Shown here: positions 29,323 through 37,982 of the stretch, piece after piece
How positions within the stretch are numbered: position 1 is the stretch's first letter
How the letters are laid out: every line of letters begins with the position of its first letter
Source of the DNA: an uncultured Gemmataceae bacterium
Lineage (GTDB): Bacteria > Planctomycetota > Planctomycetia > Gemmatales > Gemmataceae
Direction: 5' to 3'
DNA: 64,000 bases
Assembly (NCBI GenBank): GCA_963750165.1
Contig: CAVVPN010000012.1
Span: 640,001 to 704,000 of the forward strand
The notes under the pieces: model-generated
Databases searched by the model: none
What the model was told of the DNA's origin: nothing
What the model saw: only the letters and a program-made list of their open reading frames with translations
Position numbers and translations under genes: made by a program

Positions 29323-32300
29323 ATGTCCCCCTCAGCCCAGCCCCCGGATGAGCAGGTCACGCAGGCGCCGCCCGCCCAGGAGCCGTGTCAAACGATCTCG
29401 TTTGAACCCGTTCCCAATCAGCCCACCCTGGACGGGCACCCGCAAGCCGGCGCTGCGGCGAGTGCGGACGGGGCTGTGCCGGGTTACGAGCTGCTCGGCG
29501 AACTGGGGCGCGGCGCCATGGGCGTGGTCTACCGGGCGCGGCAGACGCAGTTGAATCGCGTCGTCGCCCTGAAGATGGTCCTGAGCGGTGCCCACGCCTC
29601 CCAGGCCGAGGTCCAGCGCTTCCTGTCCGAGGCGGCGGCGGTGGCGCGGATGCAGCACCCGAACATCGTGCAGATCTTCGAGACGGGCCAGCACCACGGC
29701 CTGCCGTACTTCTCGCTGGAGTTTGTGGACGGCGGCAGTCTCGCGGCGAAGCTCGGCGGCAAGCCGTTGCCGGCCGCGGACGCGGCGCGGCTGGTCGAGG
29801 CGCTGGCCCGGGGCATCCATTACGCGCACCAGCAGGGCGTGGTGCACCGCGACCTGAAGCCGGCCAACGTGCTGCTGACGCAGGACGGCACGCCCAAGAT
29901 CGCCGACTTCGGCCTGGCGAAGCAACTCGAGAGTAACTCCGGCCTGACCGGGACCAACGCGGTCATGGGCACGCCGTCGTACATGGCCCCGGAGCAAGCG
30001 GGCGGCCAGAGCAGCCAGGTGGGGCCGGCGGCGGACACGTACGCGCTGGGGGCCATCCTGTACGAGTGTTTGACGGGCCGCCCGCCGTTCCTGGCGGCGG
30101 CGCCGATGGACACGGTGCTCCAGGTGCTGCGCGACGAGCCGGTGCCGCCGCGGCAGCTGCAGTCCCGGACGCCGCGCGACCTGGAGACGGTCTGTCTGAA
30201 GTGTCTGCGCAAGGAGCCGGAGCGGCGCTACGCCAGCGCCCTGGAACTGGCTGAGGACCTGCGCCGCTACTCGGCGGGCGAGCCGATCCTGGCCCGGCCG
30301 GCGGGGTCAGTGGAACGGCTGTGGCGCTGGGGCAAGCGCAAACCCGCCCTGGCCGCCGCCGGTGCCGCCATCGTGCTCGCCGTGCTGACCGCCCTGGTCA
30401 CCGTCACGGTGGCATATTTCCTGGTCCGAGAGTCGCGCGACGAGGCGGTAGAGTTGGCGGGTCAGAAGGAGCGACTGGCGATCGCGGAGCAAAAGGCTCG
30501 AAAGGATGCCGACACGCGCCGCACGGAAGCGGAACAGCTGGCGGAGGCCAACAAACGGCTGGCCGGGCAGGAAGCGGCGGCCCGCCGTCACGCCGAGAAA
30601 CTGGCGCTCCGGGCTCGGTTCGATTACTTTTATCACCTGAGTAAAGAGGATGTGGCCGTCGGCATGGTCGGCACCGCCAAACTCCTTCCGGAGACGGTGA
30701 CCCTGAACGACCAGCCCCTGGCGGACTCGATGCGGCTTCATCTCGATGGCTGGGGCCAGGGATTGCACCGCCTCCGGGCAGTTTTTTCTCACAAATACGC
30801 GGTCCACGCCGTGGCGTTTAGCCCGAACGGCAAGGCCGTGCTCACCGGGAGTGAAGACGGGACGGCGCGGCTGTGGGACCCGGCCACCGGCCAGGCCATC
30901 GGCCAGCCCCTGCGGCACCAGGGTATGGTTTGCGCCGTGGCGTTTAGCCCGAACGGCAAGGCCGCACTGACCGCGAGCTTGGACAAGACGGCGCGGCTGT
31001 GGGACCTGGCCACCGGCCAGGCCATTGGCCAGCCCCTGCGACACCAGGGCGGGGTTTGCGCCGTGGCGTTTAGCCCGGACGGCAAGGCCGCGCTCACCGG
31101 AAGCTTTGACCAGACGGCGCGGCTGTGGGATCTGGCCACTTGCCAGGCCATCGGCCAGCCCCTGCGACACCAGGGCGCGGTTTCCGCCGTGGCCTTCCGC
31201 CCGGACGGCAAAGCCGCGCTAACCGGGGACTACGACAAGACGGCGCAGTTATGGGACCTGGCCACCGGCCAGGCCATCGGCCAACCCCTGCGGCAACCGA
31301 GCTGGGTTTCCGCCGTGGCGTTCCTCCCGGGCGGCAAGGCCGCGCTCACCGTGAGTTCAGACGGGACGGCGCAGTTATGGGACCTGGCCACCGGCAAAGC
31401 CACCGGCCAGCCCCTGCGGCACCAGGGCACGGTTTCCGCCGTGGCGTTCCGCCCAGACGGCAAGGCCGCGCTCACAGCGGGCTTTGACGGGACGGCGCAG
31501 TTATGGGACCTGGCCACCGGCCAGGCCATCGGCCAGCCCCTGCGGCATCAAGGCGCGGTTTCCGCCGCGGCCTTCCGCCCGGACGGCAAGGCCGTGCTCA
31601 CCGGGAGTGAAGACCGGACGGCGCGGCTGTGGGACTTGGCCACCGGCCAGCCCACCGGCCAGCCCCTGCGACACCCGGGCGGGGTTTCCGCCGCGGCCTT
31701 CCGCCCGGACGGCAAGGCCGCGCTCACCGGTGGGAGGGGCAAGACGGCGCGGCTGTGGGATCTGGCCACCGGCCAGGCCATTGGCCAGCCCCTGCGGCAC
31801 CCGGGCACGGTTTCCGCCCTGGCCTTCTGCCCGGATGGCAAGGCCGTACTGACCGCGAGTTCGGACAAGACGGCGCGGCTGTGGGATCTGGCCACCGGCC
31901 AGGCCATTGGCCAGCCCCTGCGGCACCCGGGCTCGGTTTCCGCCCTGGCCTTCCGCCCGGATGGCAAGGCCGCGCTCACCGCGAGTTCGGACGGGAAGGC
32001 GCGGCTGTGGGATCTGGCCACCGGCCAGGCCATCGGCCAGCCCCTGCGGCACCAAATCGCGGTTTCCGCCGTGGCCTTCCGCCCGGACGGCAAGGCCGCG
32101 CTCACCGGGAGTGAAGACCGGACGGCGCGGCTGTGGGACCTGGCCACCGGCCAGGCCATCGGCCGACCCCTGCCGCACCAGGACGGGGTTACTGCCGTAG
32201 CCTTCAGCCCGGACGGTAAAGTCATCTTGACCGGCAGCGCGGACAACACGGCGCGGCTGTGGGAGCCGGCCACCGGCCAGCCCCTCGGCCAGCCCCTGCG

Positions 32301-32691
32301 GCACCAGGGCACGGTTTCCGCCGTGGCCTTCAGCCCAGACGGCAAGGTCATCCTGACCGGTAGCGCGGACAGCACGGCGCGTCTGTGGGAGGCGGCCACC
32401 GGCAAGCAACTCGGGCTGCCCCTGCGGCACCCGGGCTCGGTTTCCGCCCTGGCCTTCCGCCCGGACGGCAAGGACGTGCTCACCGGGAGTGTGGAGGGGG
32501 AAACCGAAACGGTGCGGCTGTGGAAAGTGCCGCGCCCTCTGCAGGGCGATCCCCAGCGACTTCTGCTCTGGTCCCAGGTCATCACCGGACTGGAACTGGA
32601 CCAGCACGGCAACGTCCATATCCTGGACGCGAACACGTGGGAACAGCGCCGCCAGCGGCTGCGAGCCCTGGGCGGCCCCCCGGAGGAGTAA
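29323..32691 (+). CDS. Hanks-type Ser/Thr kinase + TM + coiled coil + 14 WD40 repeats
   Basis: GRGAMG, VALK, HRDLKPAN, DFG, GTPSYMAPE; 14 x 42-aa repeats from about 30790. Confidence 0.95.
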   Translation: MSPSAQPPDEQVTQAPPAQEPCQTISFEPVPNQPTLDGHPQAGAAASADGAVPGYELLGELGRGAMGVVYRARQTQLNRVVALKMVLSGAHASQAEVQRFLSEAAAVARMQHPNIVQIFETGQHHGLPYFSLEFVDGGSLAAKLGGKPLPAADAARLVEALARGIHYAHQQGVVHRDLKPANVLLTQDGTPKIADFGLAKQLESNSGLTGTNAVMGTPSYMAPEQAGGQSSQVGPAADTYALGAILYECLTGRPPFLAAAPMDTVLQVLRDEPVPPRQLQSRTPRDLETVCLKCLRKEPERRYASALELAEDLRRYSAGEPILARPAGSVERLWRWGKRKPALAAAGAAIVLAVLTALVTVTVAYFLVRESRDEAVELAGQKERLAIAEQKARKDADTRRTEAEQLAEANKRLAGQEAAARRHAEKLALRARFDYFYHLSKEDVAVGMVGTAKLLPETVTLNDQPLADSMRLHLDGWGQGLHRLRAVFSHKYAVHAVAFSPNGKAVLTGSEDGTARLWDPATGQAIGQPLRHQGMVCAVAFSPNGKAALTASLDKTARLWDLATGQAIGQPLRHQGGVCAVAFSPDGKAALTGSFDQTARLWDLATCQAIGQPLRHQGAVSAVAFRPDGKAALTGDYDKTAQLWDLATGQAIGQPLRQPSWVSAVAFLPGGKAALTVSSDGTAQLWDLATGKATGQPLRHQGTVSAVAFRPDGKAALTAGFDGTAQLWDLATGQAIGQPLRHQGAVSAAAFRPDGKAVLTGSEDRTARLWDLATGQPTGQPLRHPGGVSAAAFRPDGKAALTGGRGKTARLWDLATGQAIGQPLRHPGTVSALAFCPDGKAVLTASSDKTARLWDLATGQAIGQPLRHPGSVSALAFRPDGKAALTASSDGKARLWDLATGQAIGQPLRHQIAVSAVAFRPDGKAALTGSEDRTARLWDLATGQAIGRPLPHQDGVTAVAFSPDGKVILTGSADNTARLWEPATGQPLGQPLRHQGTVSAVAFSPDGKVILTGSADSTARLWEAATGKQLGLPLRHPGSVSALAFRPDGKDVLTGSVEGETETVRLWKVPRPLQGDPQRLLLWSQVITGLELDQHGNVHILDANTWEQRRQRLRALGGPPEE
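30790..32530 (+). repeat. Array of 14 highly similar 126-bp coding repeats
   Basis: ...CTGTGGGAYCTGGCCACCGGCCAGGCCATYGGCCAGCCCCTGCGRCAC... recurring every 126 nt. Confidence 0.95.
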
Positions 32692-32724
32692 CGCCACGGT
32701 CCCCACTGGCAGAGGAGAGAACCC

Positions 32725-33546
32725 GTGATCCGTTCCGCCGTCACCGTCAGTCTGGTGCCCGAGGTCCGTGGCGGGCCGTTCGTCTACTGGGACGACCTGC
32801 CCGCCGCCTGCGCGAAGGCGCAGGCCCTCGGCTTCGACGCCGTGGAGGTGTTCCCGCCCGCCGCGGACGCCATCGATCCGAAGGCGCTGCGCCGGTTGCT
32901 GGACGAGTGCGATTTATCCCTGGCGGCGGTCGGCACCGGCGCCGGTTGGGTGGTGCAGCGGTTGCACCTGTGTCAGCCCACCCCGGAGCAGCGCGGCCAG
33001 GCCCGGGCGTTCATCCGCTCGATCATCGACCTGGCCGGCCCGCTGGGGGCGTCCGCGATCATCGGCTCGATGCAGGGCCGCAGCGGCGACGGCGTGGACC
33101 GCGATACCGCCCTCGGCCACCTGTCGGAGTCGCTGGAAGCACTGGGCGAGCACGCCCGGCAGCACAAGGTGCCGTTGATCTTCGAGCCGCTGAACCGTTA
33201 CGAGACGAACCTGGTCAACACGGTCGAGGCGGGGCTGGCGCTGCTGAGCGGGCTTTCGACGAAGAACGTCGTGCTGCTGGCGGATCTGTTCCACATGAAC
33301 ATCGAGGAGGCGGACATCGCGGCGGCGCTGCGGGCGGGCGGCGACCGCATCGGCCACGTCCATTTCGTTGATTCCAACCGCCGCCCCGCCGGCCTCGGCC
33401 ACCTGGACTACGCCCCGATTGCCGCGGCGCTGCGCGACATTCACTACAACGGTTTCGCGTCCGCCGAGGCGTTCGCCTACCCCGACCCGGACGCGGCGGC
33501 GGCGCAGACGATGAAGGCGTTCCGCCAGTTCTTCCGGCCCGCGTAA
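32725..33546 (+). CDS. Sugar phosphate isomerase/epimerase (xylose-isomerase-like TIM barrel)
   Basis: EPLNRYE, DLFHMNIEE, HVHFVDSNR. Confidence 0.88.
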   Translation: MIRSAVTVSLVPEVRGGPFVYWDDLPAACAKAQALGFDAVEVFPPAADAIDPKALRRLLDECDLSLAAVGTGAGWVVQRLHLCQPTPEQRGQARAFIRSIIDLAGPLGASAIIGSMQGRSGDGVDRDTALGHLSESLEALGEHARQHKVPLIFEPLNRYETNLVNTVEAGLALLSGLSTKNVVLLADLFHMNIEEADIAAALRAGGDRIGHVHFVDSNRRPAGLGHLDYAPIAAALRDIHYNGFASAEAFAYPDPDAAAAQTMKAFRQFFRPA

Positions 33547-33560
33547 GGAGACTTCCCGGG

Positions 33561-34007
33561 ATGCTCAAGCACCTGCTCATCCACCCGCAGATCAACGCCG
33601 TCCTCGGCCGCGCCGGCCACCACGCTCGCGTCCTGATCGCCGACGGCAACTACCCCGCCTCGACCAAACGCGGCCCCAACGCCGAACTGGTCTGCCTGAA
33701 TCTGATGCCCGGCGTCGTCAGCTGCACGCAGGTGCTGGAAGCCGTCCTGTCGGCGGTGCCCGTCGATGAGGTCAACACCATGATGTACACGGCGGACGAC
33801 CCCTACGCCTTGAAGGAAGACCCGCCGGTGTGGGACGAATACCGGGCCGTCCTGCGCCGCGCCGGCCTGGCGCTGGAGCTGAAGCCCATTCCGAAGTGGG
33901 ACTTTTACAAGACGGTGGAGACGCCCGATCACGTGTTGACCATCCAGACCGGCGATCAGCAGCGCTTCGCCAACGTGCTGCTGGCGCTGGGCGTCCGCAT
34001 GGGCTGA
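33561..34007 (+). CDS. RbsD/FucU-family mutarotase
   Basis: GHHARVLIADGNYP, IQTGDQQRFANVLL. Confidence 0.88.
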   Translation: MLKHLLIHPQINAVLGRAGHHARVLIADGNYPASTKRGPNAELVCLNLMPGVVSCTQVLEAVLSAVPVDEVNTMMYTADDPYALKEDPPVWDEYRAVLRRAGLALELKPIPKWDFYKTVETPDHVLTIQTGDQQRFANVLLALGVRMG

Positions 34008-34013
34008 GCGGCC

Positions 34014-34856
34014 ATGAACACCATCGACGCACACCAGCACTTCTGGCAATTGAGCGAGCCGTTCGACTACCGCTGGCTCGACGCCCCGGCGCTGGCGCCG
34101 ATCAAGCGCGACTTCCTGCCCGACGACCTGGCGCCGCACCTCCGCGCCGCCGGCGTGGCCCGCACCGTCTTCGTGCAGACGCAGCACAACCTCCAGGAAA
34201 ACCGCTGGGTGCTGGGCCTGGCGGAGCGGCACGCCTTCATCGCCGGCGTCGTCGGCTGGGTGGATCTGACGAGCCCGGATTGCGAGCGGCAGTTGCTGGA
34301 GTTCCGGAACCACCCCAAATTCGTCGGCGTCCGCCACGTCACGCAGGACGAACCCGATGACGACTTCATCGTGCGCGAGGACGTGCTGCGCGGCCTCGGT
34401 GTGCTGGAAAAACAGGGGGTGCCGTTTGACCTGCTGTTCTACGTCAAGCACCTGCGACATGTGCCGGCGCTGGCGCGACGGCTGCCGGACCTGCGCCTGG
34501 TCATCGACCACCTGGCCAAGCCGCGCATCAAGGACCACGCCATTGACGACTGGCTGCCGCACTTCCGGGCCGCGGCGGCGTTCCCGAACGTCTACTGCAA
34601 GCTCTCCGGCCTGGTCACCGAGGCGGACTGGCAACGCTGGACGGTCGCGGACCTGCGGCCGTATGTGCAGACGGCGCTGGAGTGTTTTGGGCCGCAGCGG
34701 TGCATGTTCGGCTCGGACTGGCCGGTGTGCGAGCTGGCCGCCGACTACGCGCGCGTCCACCACGCGCTGCGCGAGGCGGTCAGCCCGCTCAGCGCCGCCG
34801 AGCGCGACATGATCTTCGGCGAGACGGCGCGGAATTTCTACCAGCTAACTCTGTGA
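34014..34856 (+). CDS. Amidohydrolase_2 sugar lactonase (L-fucono/L-galactono-lactonase-like)
   Basis: IDAHQHFW, VIDHLAKP, CKLSGL, MFGSDWPV. Confidence 0.85.
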   Translation: MNTIDAHQHFWQLSEPFDYRWLDAPALAPIKRDFLPDDLAPHLRAAGVARTVFVQTQHNLQENRWVLGLAERHAFIAGVVGWVDLTSPDCERQLLEFRNHPKFVGVRHVTQDEPDDDFIVREDVLRGLGVLEKQGVPFDLLFYVKHLRHVPALARRLPDLRLVIDHLAKPRIKDHAIDDWLPHFRAAAAFPNVYCKLSGLVTEADWQRWTVADLRPYVQTALECFGPQRCMFGSDWPVCELAADYARVHHALREAVSPLSAAERDMIFGETARNFYQLTL

Positions 34857-34989
34857 TGCGGACGGACACGGACCCGCTCATACGGAATCGCGTTGCTGGT
34901 TCGCGTAACAGTCCGGAGCGCCAGCGACGGGGAACGCGATCTGGCGCTCCGGGCTGGTTTTGAAACCACTTCTACGCAGGTACGGCGGG

Positions 34990-35018
34990 TTGACAATCAC
35001 CACGCGCTAGTGTTCAAT
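34990..35018 (+). promoter_or_regulatory. Putative sigma-70 promoter of the kinase gene
   Basis: TTGACA-17 nt-TTCAAT, ending 38 nt before ATG 35056. Confidence 0.4.
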
Positions 35019-35055
35019 ATCATCATTATTCCCTATCCCTGTTGCGAGTTCGTTC

Positions 35056-36768
35056 ATGACCGTCCCGGACTCCCCAGCCCACCTCTTGCATTGTCCTGGC
35101 TGTGGCAGGCAACTTCGGGTCAAGCGTCAACTGCGGTCAACGGACCAGATCACCTGCCCCGGTTGCCACCATCAATTTCCGGTCGAGGGCAACGCCGCTC
35201 AGGCTGGCCCCGACGACAATCTGCCCCAGGTGCCGGGTTACCGCATCCTGAGCCGGCTCGGCAAGGGCGGCATGGGCGTGGTGTACCGCGCCTGGGACGA
35301 ACGGCTCAACCGGCCGGTCGCCCTCAAGATGATTCTCAGGGATCGGGCCTGGTCCGCCGCTGACCGCGAGCGCTTCCGGGCCGAGGCCACCGCCGCCGCC
35401 CGGCTGCAGCATCCCGGCATCGTGCAGGTGTTCGACTTCGGCGAGACGACCGGCCAACCGTACCTGGCGCTCGAATACGTGGACGGCGGCACCCTGCAGC
35501 AGCGGGCCAATCGGCAGCCGCAGCCGCCCCGCGCCGCGGCCGGGGTCGTCGAACAGATCGCCCGCGCGGTCGCCTACATGCACCAGCAGCGGGTGCTGCA
35601 CCGGGACCTGAAGCCGGCCAACATCCTGCTGATGCCGGTCAACGCCGACAGCCTGAACGTCGAGCCGGATCTGCGCGACGCCGTCAACACCTACGGGACC
35701 GCGAAGGTCAGCGACTTCGGTCTGGCCCGCGAACTCGACCGCGATCAGGGCCTGACCGCCGGCGGCCAGGCCCTGGGCACGTTGGAGTACATGGCGCCGG
35801 AGCAGGCCCGCGGCCGGCGCGAACTGGTTCGCGAGACTGCCGACCTCTATTCGCTTGGGGCCATCCTGTACGAGTTGCTCACCGGCCGCCCGCCCTTCCT
35901 GGCGGAGGAGCCCGGCGACCTGTTCGAGCAGGTGCTGAATGAGCCGCCGGTGCCGCCGCGGCGCCTGCACCCGAAGGTGCCGATGGACCTGGAGCGCATT
36001 TGCCTGAAATGCCTGGAAAAGGACCACACGCGGCGTTACCGCTCGGCGGCCGAACTGGCGGAGGACCTGCGGCGGTTCCTGCGCGGCGAACCGGTGTCCG
36101 CCAGCTCGACCGGAAAGCCGGGCCGCCCAGTGGGGTGGCGGGGTATCGCGGTCGCGGTCGCCGTGGCGGTCGCGGTGACGGCGCTGGCGGCGGCCGGCGG
36201 GTGGTATCACGACCGGCAGGTGCAGGCCAGGGACCATGCCCTCCAGTTGGCACGGCATGAGGCCGAACATACGCAAAACTTGCTCACCTTGTACTCCAGG
36301 CAGGTGATCGGCAAGATGCTCAAGAAGAAACAATTGCCGGAACCAATCGGCAACCCTGGCGGCTGGGTGTTCGTCCAGGGGGAGAAGGCGTACATTCCCG
36401 TCCCGTTCAACTTCGTGTCGCAGATGAACAACCTGGAGGAGGACAAGGTAGCGGGCTTTCGCCTGAAGGTTTACGTCTATAGTGACGACCCGTTCAACGG
36501 CCGGACCCACAAGACCGACCCCTGGCAACAGGAATCCCTTGAGCATTTCCGGGAAAACCCCGAGCAGTCGGAACGGTATGAGAACAAATCGGAAGTCCGA
36601 GGCAGCCCGGGGAATTTTTTCCGTTACGCTTCCCCGATCCTCATGACCCACGAGTGTTGGGGTTGCCACAACGAACTCAAAGAATACCGGAAGCGGCCGG
36701 ACAGAGTTTACTCAGAGAAGAACAAGGTGCGCGGCATCATCGACGTGACCATCGACCTCGATCGCTGA
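35056..36768 (+). CDS. Zn-ribbon + Ser/Thr kinase + TM + c-type-heme (DUF3365/Tll0287-like) domain
   Basis: CPGC x2; GKGGMG, HRDLKPAN, DFG, YMAPE; TM AVAVAVAVTALAAAGGWY; FRYASPILMTHECWGCH..VRGIIDVTI. Confidence 0.85.
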   Translation: MTVPDSPAHLLHCPGCGRQLRVKRQLRSTDQITCPGCHHQFPVEGNAAQAGPDDNLPQVPGYRILSRLGKGGMGVVYRAWDERLNRPVALKMILRDRAWSAADRERFRAEATAAARLQHPGIVQVFDFGETTGQPYLALEYVDGGTLQQRANRQPQPPRAAAGVVEQIARAVAYMHQQRVLHRDLKPANILLMPVNADSLNVEPDLRDAVNTYGTAKVSDFGLARELDRDQGLTAGGQALGTLEYMAPEQARGRRELVRETADLYSLGAILYELLTGRPPFLAEEPGDLFEQVLNEPPVPPRRLHPKVPMDLERICLKCLEKDHTRRYRSAAELAEDLRRFLRGEPVSASSTGKPGRPVGWRGIAVAVAVAVAVTALAAAGGWYHDRQVQARDHALQLARHEAEHTQNLLTLYSRQVIGKMLKKKQLPEPIGNPGGWVFVQGEKAYIPVPFNFVSQMNNLEEDKVAGFRLKVYVYSDDPFNGRTHKTDPWQQESLEHFRENPEQSERYENKSEVRGSPGNFFRYASPILMTHECWGCHNELKEYRKRPDRVYSEKNKVRGIIDVTIDLDR

Positions 36769-36788
36769 GCGGCCCCGACTCCCGCCGA

Positions 36789-37388
36789 TCAGGTGCCGGG
36801 CGGGTCGGACGGCCGTTGCGGGGTGTCGGGGGAACCCTTCGCGTTGACCTGGTCACGCAAGCTTTTTAGCTCATCCTCCACCCCGCGCCCTTTCCCCGCG
36901 GGCGGCGTCGGCCCGGTGGAGGCTCCCGGCGCACCCTCCGCGGCAGCCACCAGGAAGCGCGTGAACAGACCGTCCAGATCGGCGTACGATTTCTGAACCT
37001 CTTCGAGGCCGGTTTCGGCCTGTTTGCTGGTCAGCGCTTTATTGAGCAGCATCCGGTGGCAGCGGTCGCGGAGGTTGAGGTAGCGCGACGCCCCTTCGTA
37101 CAGCTGCTCCAGTTCGGTGTCCTTGAGCGTCAGCGAGGTCAGCAGTGACAGGAAGCCCGACGCCGTGGCGAACAGGGCGGCGAGTACGGTCATCACCCCC
37201 CGCGGCAGCGCGTCGGCGAGCAGCGAGGTGATCGAGCCCGCAGACAGCAGCGCGAGCACGCCGGCCAGCAGGCTGAGCCGGCGGCGATTACGGACGTTCT
37301 CGGTGGCGATCAGCAGCAGCCCCTTGCGCTTTCGCGTGCTGTTCTCGATGATCCGCCAGAGTTCTTCCGTGATCTCTTCTCGCATCAT
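36789..37388 (-). CDS. SLATT-like two-TM protein
   Basis: N-terminal helix, two hydrophobic helices, then GASRYLNLRDR and helical tail ending in a Y..LD pattern. Confidence 0.55.
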   Translation of the reverse strand: MMREEITEELWRIIENSTRKRKGLLLIATENVRNRRRLSLLAGVLALLSAGSITSLLADALPRGVMTVLAALFATASGFLSLLTSLTLKDTELEQLYEGASRYLNLRDRCHRMLLNKALTSKQAETGLEEVQKSYADLDGLFTRFLVAAAEGAPGASTGPTPPAGKGRGVEDELKSLRDQVNAKGSPDTPQRPSDPPGT

Positions 37389-37589
37389 GAGTTACCCCCG
37401 GTGTCCCTGGCCGCTCAGCACTCGTAAAGCTTCAGTCAGTTTACTAATCCGGGTAGTAGTTTTCTCAACGCAACCCCTCCGCGCTACCGGCTCAGGAAAA
37501 GCAATCGCGGCGGCCAGGCGCGTAACCAGCGCAAGCACGGCACTCCCGAACCGTCCTTCAAGTTGCACGAACCGCTTCCAGGCGTCAAT

Positions 37590-37750
37590 TCTCGACGTAT
37601 GAAAAAGTTGGCGTTCTTGGCGTTCTTGGCGTCCTTGCTGTGGCAACCGCCGCCGATGGTTGTCGCGCCGTGCCAACCGCACGGAGCAAGGGCGCCGCAT
37701 CTCGACGTATGAAAAAGTTGGCCCCCTTGGCCTCCTTGGCCCCCTTGCTG
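37590..37750. repeat. Pair of 51-bp direct repeats (same family as 49296-49446, opposite orientation)
   Basis: TCTCGACGTATGAAAAAGTTGGC-nonamers-CTTGCTG at 37590-37640 and 37700-37750. Confidence 0.9.
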
Positions 37751-37982
37751 CGACAGCGCAGGCCGCTGGTCGTCAAGCTGTGCTCGTCGCCCCACCACCC
37801 CTGCGCGATCCGCGCGGGAACCGCGCGGGAGCGGTTGGCCCTGGGGTGGAGCGGAAGTCTGGCAACTGCCGCTGCACCCCAACGCCACGTGCGCTAAAGT
37901 TCCCCTGGCTGTCCTTGCTTGGCGGCGGCGCGGGCGGCGGTTACATTAAAGTAGAGACTTTCCCTTGCCGCGAGGTGTGCCG

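Noticed and set aside
30790..32530. Diversity-generating retroelement template/variable repeats
   Set aside because: All copies are in-frame coding repeats, differences are not confined to adenines, and there is no reverse transcriptase in the window
37590..37750. CRISPR mini-array (repeat-spacer-repeat), also 49296-49446
   Set aside because: Only two non-identical 51-bp units per locus, internal nonamer periodicity, spacers share a motif, and no cas genes are present
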